A stretch of 64,000 nucleotides of DNA from assembly GCA_964016885.1 (NCBI GenBank), contig OZ024744.1, forward strand, positions 134,044,001 to 134,108,000, read 5' to 3'. Each line of letters opens with the position of its first letter. Position 1 is the first letter of the stretch. Shown here piece after piece: positions 25,901 to 38,800 of this stretch. Origin of the DNA: Eledone cirrhosa (Eukaryota). The notes beneath the pieces are model-generated. The model made no database searches, was not told the DNA's origin, and saw only the letters and a program-made list of their open reading frames with translations. Both the position numbers and the translations under genes were made by a program.

Positions 25901-27240
25901 TTAATTTAAGTCGGGGTTAAGTTAAGTTAGGGTTCAGTTAAGTTGGGGTTAAGTTAAGTTGGGGTTAAGTTAAGTTGGGGTTAAGTTAAGTCGGGGTTAA
26001 GTTAAGTTGGGGTTAAGTTAAGTTGGGGTTAAGTTAAGTCGGGGTTAAGTTAAGTTGGGGTTAAGTTAAGTTGGGGTTAATTTAAGTTGGGGTTAAGTTA
26101 AGTTGGGGTTAAGTTAAGTTGGGGTTAAGTTAAGATGGGGTTAATTTAAGTTGGGGTTAAGTTAAGTTGAGGTTAAGTTAAGTTGGGGTTAAATTAAGTT
26201 GGGGTTAAGTTAAGTTGGGGTTAAGTCAAGTTGGGGTTAAGTTAAGTTGGGGATAAGTTAAGTTGGGGATAATTTAAGTTGGGTTTAAGTTAAGTTGGGG
26301 TTAAGTTAAGTTGGGGTTAAGTTAAGTTGGGGTTAAGTTAAGTTGGGGTTAATTTAAGTTGGGGCTAAGTTAAGTTGGGACTGAGTTAAGTTGGGGTTAA
26401 GTTAAGTTGGGGTTAAGTTAAGTTGGGGTTAAGTTAAGTTGGAGTTTATTTAAGTTGGGGTTAAGTTAAGTTGGGGTTCAGTTAAGTTGGGGTTAAGTTA
26501 AGTTGGGGTTAAGATGGGGTTAAATTAAGTTGGGGTTAAGTTAAGTCGGGGTTAAGTTAAGTCGGGGTTAAGTTAAGTTAGGGTTCAGTTAAGTTGGGGT
26601 TAAGTTAAGTTGGGGTTGAGTTAAGTTGGGGTTGAGTTAAATTGGGGTTGAGTTAAGTTGGGGTTGAGTTAAGTTGGTTTTGAGTTAAGTTGGGGTTAAG
26701 TTAAGTTGGGGTTAAGTTAAGTTGCAGTTAAGTTAAGTTGAGGTTAAGTTAAGGTGCGGTTAAGTTAAGTTGGGGTTAAGTTAAGTTGGGGCTAAGTTAA
26801 GTTGGGGCTAAGTTAAGTTGGGGCTAAGTTAAGTTGGGGTTAAGTTAAGTTGGGGTTAAGTTAAGTCGGGGGTAAGTTAAGTTGGGGTTAAGTTAAGTTG
26901 AGGTTAATTTAATTTGGGGTTAAGTTAAGTTGGGGTTAAGTTAAGTTGGGGTTAAGTTAAGTTGGGGTTAAGTTAAGTTGGGTTTAAGTTAAGTTGGGGT
27001 TAAGTTAAGTTGGGGTCAAGTTAAGTTGGGGTTAAGTTAAGTTGGGGTTGAGTTAAGTTGGGGTTGAGTTAAATTGGCGTTGAGTTAAGTTGGGGTTGAG
27101 TTAAGTTGGTGTTGAGTTAAGTTGGGGTTAAGTTAAGTTGGGGTTAAGTTAAGTTGCAGTTAAGTTAAGTTGAGGTTAAGTTAAGGTGGGGTTAAGTTAA
27201 GTCGGGGTTAAGTTAAGTTGTGGTTGAGTTAAGTTGGGGT
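23000..27240 (+). repeat. About 4.2-kb segment with a dispersed, more diverged copy at about 40450-44630
   Basis: TTACGT 24824/42247 and GGTTTACGTTAAGAT 25204/42627 (offset 17423); TTGCAG 26722/44113 and 27154/44545 (offset 17391). Confidence 0.75.
26670..27240 (+). repeat. Divergent monomer block (TTGGTT, TTGCAG, AAGGTGCGG, TTGGCG), copy 1
   Basis: These multi-substitution monomers occur together only here and at about 44060-44630. There is an internal 432-bp (27-monomer) repeat: TTGCAG at 26722 and 27154. Confidence 0.85.
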
Positions 27241-29829
27241 TAAGTTGGGGTTAAGTTAAGTTAGGTTTAAGTTAAGTTGGGGTCAAGTTAAGTTGGGGTT
27301 AAGTCGGGGTTAAGTTAAGTTGGGGTTAAGTTAAGTTGGGGTTAATTTAAGTTGGGGTTAAGTTAAGTTGGGGTTAAGTTAAGTTGGGGTTAAATTAAGT
27401 TGGGGTTAAGTTAAGTTGGGGTTAAGTCAAGTTGGGGTTAAGTTAAGTTGGGGATAAGTTAAGTTGGGGATAATTTAAGTTGGGGTTAAGTTAAGTTGGG
27501 TTTAAGTTAAGTTGGGGTTAAGTTAAGTTGGGGTTAAGTTAAGTTGGGGTTAAGTTAAGTTGGGGTTAAGTTAAGTTGGGGTTAAGTTAAGTTGGGGCTA
27601 AGTTAAGTTGGGGCTGAGTTAAGTTGGGGTTAAGTTAAGTTGGGCTTAATTTAAGTCGGGGTTAAGTTAAGTTAGGGTTCAGTTAAGTTGGGGTTAAGTT
27701 AAGTTGGGGTTAAGTTAAGTTGGGGTTAAGTTAAGTCGGGGTTAAGTTAAGTTGGGGTTAAGTTAAGTTGGGGTTAAGTTAAGTCGGGGTTAAGTTAAGT
27801 TGGGGTTAAGTTAAGTTGGGGTTAATTTAAGTTGGGGTTAAGTTAAGTTGGGGTTAAGTTAAGTTGGGGTTTATTTAAGTTGGGGTTACGTTAAGTTGGT
27901 GTTAATTTAAGTTGGGGTTAAGTTAAGTTGAGGTTAAGTTAAGTTGGGGTTAAATTAAGTTGGGGTTAAGTTAAGTTGGGGTTAAGTCAAGTTGGGGTTA
28001 AGTTAAGTTGGGGATAAGTTAAGTTGGGGATAATTTAAGTTGGGTTTAAGTTAAGTTGGGGTTAATTTAAGTTGGGGTTAAGTTAAGTTGGGGTTAAGTT
28101 AAGTTGGGGTTAATTTAAGTTGGGGCTAAGTTAAGTTGGGACTGAGTTAAGTTGGGGTTAAGTTAAGTTGGGGTTAAGTTAAGTTGGGGTTAAGTTAAGT
28201 TGGAGTTTATTTAAGTTGGGGTTAAGTTAAGTTGGGGTTCAGTTAAGTTGGGGTTAAGTTAAGTTGGGGTTAAGATGGGGTTAAATTAAGTTGGGGATAA
28301 GTTAAGTTGGGGTTAATTTAAGTTGGGGTTAAGTTAAGTTGGGGTTAAGTTAAGTCGGGGTTAAGTTAAGTCGGGGTTAAGTTAAGTTAGGGTTCAGTTA
28401 AGTTGGGGTTAAGTTAAGTTGGGGTTGAGTTAGGTTGGGGTTGAGTTAAATTGGGGTTGAGTTAAGTTGGGGTTGAGTTAAGTTGGTGTTGAGTTAAGTT
28501 GGGGTTAAGTTAAGTTTGGGTTAAGTTAATTTGTGGTTAAGTTAAGTTGGGGTTAAGTTAAGTTGGGGTTAAGTTAAGTTGGGGTTAAGTTAAGTCGGGG
28601 TTAAGTTAAGTTGGGGTTGAGTTAAGTTGGGGTTAATTTAAGTTGGGGTTAAGTTAAGTTGGGGTTAAGTTAAGTTGGGGTTAAGTTAAGTTGGGGTTAA
28701 GTTAAGTTGGGGTTAAGTTAAGTTGAGGTTAAGTTAAGTTGGGGTTAAATTAAGTTGGGGTTAAGTTAAGTTGGGGTTAAGTTAAGTTGGGGTTAAGTTA
28801 AGTTGGGGATAAGTTAAGTTGGGGATAATTTAAGTTGGGGTTAAGTTAAGTTGGGTTTAAGTTAAGTTGGGGTTAAGTTAAGTTGGGGATAAGTTAAGTT
28901 GGGGTTAAGTTAAGTTGGGGTTAAGTTAAGTTGGGGTTAAGTTAAGTTGGGGCTAAGTTAAGTTGGGGCTGAGTTAAGTTGGGGTTAAGTTAAGTTGGGG
29001 TTAAGTTAAGTTGGGGTTAATTTAAGTTGGGGTTTATTTAAGTTGGGGTTACGTTAAGTTGGTGTTAAGTTAAGTTGGGGTTAATTTAAGTTGGGGTTAA
29101 TTAAGTTGGGGTTAAGTTAAGTTGGGGTTAAGTTAAGTTGGGGTTAAGTTAAGTTGGGGTTAAGTTAAGTTGGGGTTAAGTTAAGTTGGGGTTAAGTTAA
29201 GTTGAGGTTAAGTTAAGTTGGGGTTAAATTAAGTTGGGGTTAAGTTAAGTTGGGGTTAAGTTAAGTAGGGGTTAAGTTAAGTTGGGGATAAGTTAAGTTG
29301 GGGATAATTTAAGTTGGGGTTAAGTTAAGTTGGGGTTAAATTAAGTTGGGGTTAAGTTAAGTTGGGGTTAAGTTAAGTTGGGGTTAAGTTAAGTTGGGGA
29401 TAAGTTAAGTTGGGGATAATTTAAGTTGGGGTTAAGTTAAGTTGGGTTTAATTTAAGTTGGGGTTAAGTTAAGTTGGGGATAAGTTAAGTTGGGGTTAAG
29501 TTAAGTTGGGGTTAAGTTAAGTTGGGGTTAAGTTAAGTTGGGGCTAAGTTAAGTTGGGGATAAGTTAAGTTGGGGTTAAGTTAAGTTGAGGTTAAGTTAA
29601 GTTGGGGTTAAATTAAGTTGGGGTTAAGTTAAGTTGGGGTTAAGTTAAGTTGGGGTTACGTTAAGTTGGGGATAAGTTAGGTTGGGGATAATTTAAGTTG
29701 GGGTTAATTTAAGTTGGGTTTAAGTTAAGTTGGGGTTAAGTTAAGTTGGGGTTAAGTCAAGTTGGGGTTAAGTTAAGTTGGGGTTAAGTTAAGTTGGGGT
29801 TAAGTTAAGTTGGGGTTAAGTTAAGTTGG

Positions 29830-31470
29830 GGTTAAGTTAAGTCGGGGTTAAGTTAAGTTGGGGTTAAGTTAAGTTGGGGTTAAGTTAAGTCGGGGTTAAG
29901 TTAAGTTGGGGTTAAGTTAAGTTGGGGTTAATTTAAGTTGGGGTTAAGTTAAGTTGGGGTTAAGTTAAGTTGGGGTTAAGTTAAGATGGGGTTAATTTAA
30001 GTTGGGGTTAAGTTAAGTTGAGGTTAAGTTAAGTTGGGGTTAAATTAAGTTGGGGTTAAGTTAAGTTGGGGTTAAGTCAAGTTGGGGTTAAGTTAAGTTG
30101 GGGATAAGTTAAGTTGGGGATAATTTAAGTTGGGTTTAAGTTAAGTTGGGGTTAAGTTAAGTTGGGGTTAAGTTAAGTTGGGGTTAAGTTAAGTTGGGGT
30201 TAATTTAAGTTGGGGCTAAGTTAAGTTGGGACTGAGTTAAGTCGGGGTTAAGTTAAGTTGGGGTTAAGTTAAGTTGGGGTTAAGTTAAGTTGGAGTTTAT
30301 TTAAGTTGGGGTTAAGTTAAGTTGGGGTTCAGTTAAGTTGGGGTTAAGTTAATTTGGGGTTAAGATGGGGTTAAATTAAGTTGGGGTTAAGTTAAGTTGG
30401 GGTTAATTTAAGTTGGGGTTAAGTTAAGTTGGGGTTAAGTTAAGTCGGGGTTAAGTTAAGTCAGGGTTAAGTTAAGTTAGGGTTCAGTTAAGTTGGGGTT
30501 AAGTTAAGTTGGGGTTGAGTTAAGTTGGGGTTGAGTTAAATTGGGGTTGAGTTAAGTTGGGGTTAAGTTAAGTTGGGGTTAAGTTAAGTTGGGGTTAAGT
30601 TAGGTTGGGGCTAAGTTAAGTTGGGGCTGAGTTAAGTTGGGGTTAAGTTAAGTTGGGCTTAATTTAAGTCGGGGTTAAGTTAAGTTAGGGTTCAGTTAAG
30701 TTGGGGTTAAGTTAAGTTGGGGTTAAGTTAAGTTGGGGTTAAGTTAAGTCGGGGTTAAGTTAAGTTGGGGTTAAGTTAAGTTGGGGTTAAGTTAAGTCGG
30801 GGTTAAGTTAAGTTGGGGTTAAGTTAAGTTGGGGTTAATTTAAGTTGGGGTTAAGTTAAGTTGGGGTTAAGTTAAGTTGGGGTTAAGTTAAGATGGGGTT
30901 AATTTAAGTTGGGGTTAAGTTAAGTTGAGGCTAAGTTAAGTTGGGGTTAAATTAAGTTGGGGTTAAGTTAAGTTGGGGTTAAGTCAAGTTGGGGTTAAGT
31001 TAAGTTGGGGATAAGTTAAGTTGGGGATAATTTAAGTTGGGTTTAAGTTAAGTTGGGGTTAAGTTAAGTTGGGGTTAAGTTAAGTTGGGGTTAAGTTAAG
31101 TTGGGGTTAATTTAAGTTGGGGCTAAGTTAAGTTGGGACTGAGTTAAGTTGGGGTTAAGTTAAGTTGGGGTTAAGTTAAGTTGGGGTTAAGTTAAGTTGG
31201 AGTTTATTTAAGTTGGGGTTAAGTTAAGTTGGGGTTCAGTTAAGTTGGGGTTAAGTTAAGTTGGGGTTAAGATGGGGTTAAATTAAGTTGGGGTTAAGTT
31301 AAGTTGGGGTTAATTTAAGTTGGGGTTAAGTTAAGTTGGGGTTAAGTTAAGTCGGGGTTAAGTTAAGTCGGGGTTAAGTTAAGCTAGGGTTCAGTTAAGT
31401 TGGGTTAAGTTAAGTTGGGGTTGAGTTAAGTTGGGGTTGAGTTAAATTGGGGTTGAGTTAAGTTGGGGTT
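29830..31470 (+). repeat. Local direct duplication, offset 907 bp
   Basis: GGGACTGAG at 30231 and 31138 with the same flanking variant order; 907 = 56x16 + 11. Confidence 0.7.
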
Positions 31471-34400
31471 GAGTTAAGTTGGTGTTGAGTTAAGTTGGGG
31501 TTAAGTTAAGTTGGGGTTAAGTTAATTTGTGGTTAAGTTAAGTTGGGGTTAAGTTAAGTTGGGGATAAGTTAAGTTGGGGTTAAGTTAAGTTGGGGTTAA
31601 GTTAAGTTGGGGTTAAGTTAAGTTGGGGCTAAGTTAAGTTGGGGCTGAGTTAAGTTGGGGTTAAGTTAAGTTGGGGTTAATTTAAGTTGGGGTTAATTAA
31701 GTTGGGGTTAAGTTAAGTTGGGGTTAAGTTAAGTTGGGGTTAATTTAAGTTGGGGTTGAGTTAAGTTGGGGTTAAGTTAAGTTGGGGTTATATTAAGTTG
31801 GGGTTAAGTTAAGTTGGGGTTCAGTTAAGTTGGGTATAAGTTAAGTTGGGGTTAAGTTAAGTTGGGGTTAAGTTAAGTTGGGGTTAAGTTAAGTTGGTGT
31901 TAAGTTAAGTTGGGGCTAAGTTAAATTGGGGCTGAGTTAAGTTGGGGCTGAGTTAAGTTGGGGTTAAGTTAAGTTGGGGCCAAGTTTAGTTATGGGTTAA
32001 GTTGGGGTTAAGTTAAGTTAGGTTTAAGTTAAGATGGGGTTAAGTTAAGTTGGGGTTAAGTTAAGTTGGGGTTAAGTTAAGTCGGGGTTAAGTTAAGTTG
32101 GGGTTAAGTTAAGTTGGGGTTAATTTAAGTTGGGGTTAAGTTAAGTTGGGGTCAAGTTAAGTTGGGGTTAAGTTGGGGTTAAGTTAATTTGTGGTTAAGT
32201 TAAGTTGGGGTTAAGTTAAGTTGGGGTTAAGTTAAGTTGGGGTTAAGTTAAGTCGGGGTTAAGTTAAGTTGGGGTTAAGTTAAGTTGGGGTTAATTTAAG
32301 TTGGGGTTAAGTTGGGGTTAAGTTAAGTTAGGTTTAAGTTAAGTTGGGGTTAAGTTAAGTTGGGGTTAAGTTAAGTTGGGGTTAAGTTAAGTTGGGGTTA
32401 AGTTAATTTGTGGTTAAGTTAAGTTAGGGTTAAGTTAAGTTGGGGTTAAGTTAAGTTGGGGTTAAGTTAAGTCGGGGTTAAGTTAAGTTGGGGTTAAGTT
32501 AAGTTGGGGTTAATTTAAGTTGGGGTTAAGTTAAGTTGGGGTTAAGTTAAGTTGGGGTTAAATTAAGTTGGGGTTAAGTTAAGTTGGGGTTAAGTCAAGT
32601 TGGGGTTAAGTTAAGTTGGGGATAAGTTAAGTTGGGGATAATTTAAGTTGGGGTTAAGTTAAGTTGGGTTTAAGTTAAGTTGGGGTTAAGTTAAGTTGGG
32701 GTTAAGTTAAGTTGGGGTTAAGTTAAGTTGGGGTTAAGTTAAGTTGGGGCTAAGTTAAGTTGGGGCTGAGTTAAGTTGGGGTTAAGTTAAGTTGGGCTTA
32801 ATTTAAGTCGGGGTTAAGTTAAGTTAGGGTTCAGTTAAGTTGGGGTTAAGTTAAGTTGGGGTTAAGTTAAGTTGGGGTTAAGTTAAGTCGGGGTTAAGTT
32901 AAGTTGGGGTTAAGTTAAGTTGGGGTTAAGTTAAGTCGGGGTTAAGTTAAGTTGGGGTTAAGTTAAGTTGGGGTTAAGTTAAGTTGGGGTTAAGTTAAGT
33001 TGGGGTTAATTTAAGTTGGGGTTAAGTTAAGTTGAGGGTAAGTTAAGTTGGGGTTAAATTAAGTTGGGGTTAAGTTAAGTTGGGGTTAAGTCAAGTTGGG
33101 GTTAAGTTAAGTTGGGGATAAGTTAAGTTGGGGATAATTTAAGTTGGGTTTAAGTTAAGTTGGGGTTAAGTTAAGTTGGGGTTAATTTAAGTTGGGGTTT
33201 ATTTAAGTTGGGGTTACGTTAAGTTGGTGTTAAGTTAAGTTGGGGTTAATTTAAGTTGGGGTTAATTAAGTTGGGGTTAAGTTAAGTTGGGGTTAATTAA
33301 GTTGGGGTTAAGTTAAGTTGGGGTTAAGTTAAGTTGGGGTTAATTTAAGTTGGGGTTGAGTTAAGTTGGGGTTAAGTTAAGTTGGGGTTAAGTTAAGTTG
33401 GGGTTCAGTTAAGTTGGGTATAAGTTAAGTTGGGGTTAAGTTAAGTTGGGGTTAAGTTAAGTTGGGGTTAAGTTAAGTTGGTGTTAAGTTAAGTTGGGGC
33501 TAAGTTAAATTGAGGCTGAGTTAAGTTGGGGCTGAGTTAAGTTGGGGTTAAGTTAAGTTGGGGTCAAGTTAAGTTGGGGTTAAGTTGGGGTTAAGTTAAG
33601 TTAGGTTTAAGTTAAGATGCGGTTAAGTTAAGTTGGGGTTAAGTTAAGTTGGGGTTAAGTTAAGTCAGGGTTAAGTTAAGTTGGGGTTAAGTTAAGTTGG
33701 GGTTAATTTAAGTTGGGGTTAAGTTAAGTTGGGGTCAAGTTAAGTTGGGGTTAAGTTGGGGTTAAGTTAATTTGTGGTTAAGTTAAGTTGGGGTTAAGTT
33801 AAGTTGGGGTTAAGTTAAGTTGGGGTTAAGTTAAGTCGGGGTTAAGTTAAGTTGGGGTTAAGTTAAGTTGGGGTTAATTTAAGTTGGGGTTAAGTTAAGT
33901 TGGGGTCAAGTTAAGTTGGGGTTAAGTTGGGGTTAAGTTAAGTTAGGTTTAAGTTAAGTTGGGGTTAAGTTAAGTTGGGGTTAAGTTAAGTTGGGGTTAA
34001 GTTAAGTTGGGGTTAAGTTAATTTGTGGTTAAGTTAAGTTGGGGTTAAGTTAAGTTGGGGTTAAGTTAAGTTGGGGTTAAGTTAAGTCGGGGTTAAGTTA
34101 AGTTGGGGTTAAGTTAAGTTGGGGTTAATTTAAGTTGGGGTTAAGTTAAGTTGGGGTTAAGTTAAGTTGGGGTTAAATTAAGTTGGGGTTAATTTAAGTT
34201 GGGGTTAAGTCAAGTTGGGGTTAAGTTAAGTTGGGGATAAGTTAAGTTGGGGATAATTTAAGTTGGGGTTAAGTTAAGTTGGGTTTAAGTTAAGTTGGGG
34301 TTAAGTTAAGTTGGGGTTAAATTAAGTTGGGGTTAAGTTAAGTTGGGGTTAAGTCAAGTTGGGGTTAAGTTAAGTTGGGGATAAGTTAAGTTGGGGATAA

Positions 34401-35869
34401 TTTAAGTTGGGTTTAAGTTAAGTTGGGGTTAAGTTAAGTTGGGGTTAAGTTAAGTTGGAGTTTATTTAAGTTGGGGTTAAGTTAAGTTGGGGTTCAGTTA
34501 AGTTGGGGTTAAGTTAAGTTGGGGTTAAGATGGGGTTAAATTAAGTTGGGGTTAAGTTAAGTTGGGGTTAATTTAAGTTGGGGTTAAGTTAAGTTGGGGT
34601 TAAGTTAAGTCGGGGTTACGTTAAGTCGGGGTTAAGTTAAGTTAGGGTTCAGTTAAGTTGGGGTTAAGTTAAGTTGGGGTTGAGTTAAGTTGGGGTTGAG
34701 TTAAATTGGGGTTGAGTTAAGTTGGGGTTGAGTTAAGTTGGTGTTGAGTTAAGTTGGGGTTAAGTTAAGTTGGGGTTAAGTTAATTTGTGGTTAAGTTAA
34801 GTTGGGGTTAAGTTAAGTTGCGGATAAGTTAAGTTGGGGTTAAGTTAAGTTGGGGTTAAGTTAAGTTGGGGTTAAGTTAAGTTGGGGCTAAGTTAAGTTG
34901 GGGCTGAGTTAAGTTGGGGTTAAGTTAAGTTGGGGTTAAGTTAAGTTGGGGTTAATTTAAGTTGGGGTTTATTTAAGTTGGGGTTACGTTAAGTTGGTGT
35001 TAAGTTAAGTTGGGGTTAATTTAAGTTGGGGTTAATTAAGTTGGGTTTAAGTTAAGTTGGGGTTAAGTTAAGTTGGGGTTAATTTAAGTTGGGGTTGAGT
35101 TAAGTTGGGGTTAAGTTAAGTTGGGGTTATATTAAGTTGGGGTTAAGTTAAGTTGGGGTTCAGTTAAGTTGGGTATAAGTTAAGTTGGGGTTAAGTTAAG
35201 TTGGGGTTAAGTTAAGTTGGTGTTAAGTTAAGTTGGGGCTAAGTTAAATTGGGGCTGAGTTAAGTTGGGGTTAATTTAAGTTGGGGTTAAGTTAAGTTGG
35301 GGTCAAGTTAAGTTGGTGTTAAGTTGGGGTTAAGTTAATTTGTGGTTAAGTTAAGTTGGGGTTAAGTTAAGTTGGGGTTAAGTTGGGGTTAAGTTAAGTT
35401 AGGTTTAAGTTAAGATGGGGTTAAGTTAAGTTGGGGTTAAGTTAAGTTGGGGTTAAGTTAAGTCGGGGTTAAGTTAAGTTGGGGTTAAGTTAAGTTGGGG
35501 TTAATTTAAGTTGGGGTTAAGTTAAGTTGGGGTCAAGTTAAGTTGGTGTTAAGTTGGGGTTAAGTTAATTTGTGGTTAAGTTAAGTTGGGGTTAAGTTAA
35601 GTTGGGGTTAAGTTAAGTTGGGGTTAAGTTAAGTCGGGGTTAAGTTAAGTTGGGGTTAAGTTAAGTTGGGGTTAATTTAAGTTGGGGTTAAGTTAAGTTG
35701 GGGTCAAGTTAAGTTGGGGTTAAGTTGGGGTTAAGTTAAGTTAGGTTTAAGTTAAGTTGGGGTTAAGTTAAGTTGGGGTTAAGTTAAGTTGGGGTTAAGT
35801 TAAGTTGGGGTTAAGTTAATTTGTGGTTAAGTTAAGTTGGGGTTAAGTTAAGTTGGGGTTAATTTAAGT

Positions 35870-38800
35870 TGGGGTTAAGTTAAGTTGGGTTTAAGTTAAG
35901 TTGGGGTTAAGTTAAGTTGGGGTTAAGTTAAGTTGGGGTTAAGTTAAGTTGGGGTTAAGTTAAGTTGGGGTTAAGTTAAGTTGGGGTTAAATTAAGTTGG
36001 GGTTAAGTTAAGTTGGGGTTAAGTCAAGTTGGGGTTAAGTTAAGTTGGGGATAAATTAAGTTGGGGATAATTTAAGTTGGGTTTAAGTTAAGTTGGGGTT
36101 AAGTTAAGTTGGGGTTAATTTAAGTTGGGGTTTATTTAAGTTGGGGTTACGTTAAGTTGGTGTTAAGTTAAGTTGGGGTTAATTTAAGTTGGGGTTAATT
36201 AAGTTGGGGTTAAGTTAAGTTGGGGTTAAGTTAAGTTGGGGTTAATTTAAGTTGGGGTTGAGTTAAGTTGGGGTTAAGTTAAGTTGGGGTTATATTAAGT
36301 TGGGGTTAAGTTAAGTTGGGGTTCAGTTAAGTTGGGTATAAGTTAAGTTGGGGTTAAGTTAAGTTGGGGTTAAGTTAAGTTGGGGTTAAGTTAAGTTGGT
36401 GTTAAGTTAAGTTGGGGCTAAGTTAAATTGGGGCTGAGTTAAGTTGGGGCTGAGTTAAGTTGGGGTTAAGTTAAGTTGGGGTCAAGTTAAGTTGGGGTTA
36501 AGTTGGGGTTAAGTTAAGTTAGGTTTAAGTTAAGATGGGGTTAAGTTAAGTTGGGGTTAAGTTAAGTTGGGGTTAAGTTAAGTCGGGGTTAAGTTAAGTT
36601 GGGGTTAAGTTAAGTTGGGGTTAATTTAAGTTGGGGTTAAGTTAAGTTGGGGTCAAGTTAAGTTGGGGTTAAGTTGGGGTTAAGTTAATTTGTGGTTAAG
36701 TTAAGTTGGGGTTAAGTTAAGTTGAGGTTAAGTTAAGTTGGGGTTAAATTAAGTCAGGGTTAAGTTAAGTTGGGGTTAAGTTAAGTTGGGGTTAATTTAA
36801 GTTGGGGTTAAGTTAAGTTGGGGTCAAGTTAAGTTGGGGTTAAGTTGGGGTTAAGTTAAGTTAGGTTTAAGTTAAGTTGGGGTTAAGTTAAGTTGGGGTT
36901 AAGTTAAGTTGGGGTTAAGTTAAGTTGGGGTTAAGTTAATTTGTGGTTAAGTTAAGTTGGGGTTAAGTTAAGTTGGGGTTAAGTTAAGTTGGGGTTAAGT
37001 TAAGTCGGGGTTAAGTTAAGTTGGGGTTAAGTTAAGTTCGGGTTAATTTAAGTTGGGGTTAAGTTAAGTTGGGGTTAAGTTAAGTTGGGGTTAAATTAAG
37101 TTGGGGTTAAGTTAAGTTGGGGTTAAGTCAAGTTGGGGTTAAGTTAAGTTGGGGATAAGTTAAGTTGGGGATAAGTTAAGTTGGGGTTAAGTTAAGTTGG
37201 GTTTAAGTTAAGTTGGGGTTAAGTTAAGTTGGGGTTAAGTTAAGTTGGGGTTAAGTTAAGTTGGGGTTAAGTTAAGTTGAGGTTAAGTTAAGTTGGGGCT
37301 AAGTTAAGTTGGGGCTGAGTTAAGTTGGGGTTAAGTTAAGTTGGGCTTAATTTAAGTCGGGGTCAAGTTAAGTTAGGGTTCAGTTAAGTTGGGGTTAAGT
37401 TAAGTTGGGGTTAAGTTAAGTTGGGGTTAAGTTAAGTCGGGGTTAAGTTAAGTTGGGGTTAAGTTAAGTTGGGGTTAAGTTAAGTTGGGGTTAAGTTAAT
37501 TTGTGGTTAAGTTAAGTTGGGGTTAAGTTAAGTTGGGGTTAAGTTAAGTTGGGGTTAAGTTAAGTCGGGGTTAAGTTAAGTTGGGGTTAAGTTAAGTTGG
37601 GGTTAATTTAAGTTGGGGTTAAGTTAAGTTGGGTTTAAGTTAAGTTGGGGTTAAGTTAAGTTGGGGTTAAGTTAAGTTGGGGTTAAGTTAAGTTGGGGTT
37701 AAGTTAAGTTGGGGTTAAGTTAAGTTGGGGTTAAATTAAGTTGGGGTTAAGTTAAGTTGGGGTTAAGTCAAGTTGGGGTTAAGTTAAGTTGGGGATAAAT
37801 TAAGTTGGGGATAATTTAAGTTGGGTTTAAGTTAAGTTGGGGTTAAGTTAAGTTGGGGTTAATTTAAGTTGGGGTTTATTTAAGTTGGGGTTACGTTAAG
37901 TTGGTGTTAAGTTAAGTTGGGGTTAATTTAAGTTGGGGTTAATTAAGTTGGGGTTAAGTTAAGTTGGGGTTAAGTTAAGTTGGGGTTAATTTAAGTTGGG
38001 GTTGAGTTAAGTTGGGGTTAAGTTAAGTTGGGGTTATATTAAGTTGGGGTTAAGTTAAGTTGGGGTTCAGTTAAGTTGGGTATAAGTTAAGTTGGGGTTA
38101 AGTTAAGTTGGGGTTAAGTTAAGTTGGGGTTAAGTTAAGTTGGTGTTAAGTTAAGTTGGGGCTAAGTTAAATTGGGGCTGAGTTAAGTTGGGGCTGAGTT
38201 AAGTTGGGGTTAAGTTAAGTTGGGGTCAAGTTAAGTTGGGGTTAAGTTGGGGTTAAGTTAAGTTAGGTTTAAGTTAAGATGGGGTTAAGTTAAGTTGGGG
38301 TTAAGTTAAGTTGGGGTTAAGTTAAGTCGGGGTTAAGTTAAGTTGGGGTTAAGTTAAGTTGGGGTTAATTTAAGTTGGGGTTAAGTTAAGTTGGGGTCAA
38401 GTTAAGTTGGTGTTAAGTTGGGGTTAAGTTAATTTGTGGTTAAGTTAAGTTGGGGTTAAGTTAAGTTGAGGTTAAGTTAAGTTGGGGTTAAGTTAAGTCA
38501 GGGTTAAGTTAAGTTGGGGTTAAGTTAAGTTGGGGTTAATTTAAGTTGGGGTTAAGTTAAGTTGGGGTTAAGTTGGGGTTAAGTTAAGTTAGGTTTAAGT
38601 TAAGTTGGGGTTAAGTTAAGTTGGGGTTAAGTTAAGTTGGGGTTAAGTTAAGTTGGGGTTAAGTTAATTTGTGGTTAAGTTAAGTTGGGGTTAAGTTAAG
38701 TTGGGGTTAAGTTAAGTTGGGGTTAAGTTAAGTCGGGGTTAAGTTAAGTTGGGGTTAAGTTAAGTTCGGGTTAATTTAAGTTGGGGTTAAGTTAAGTTGG

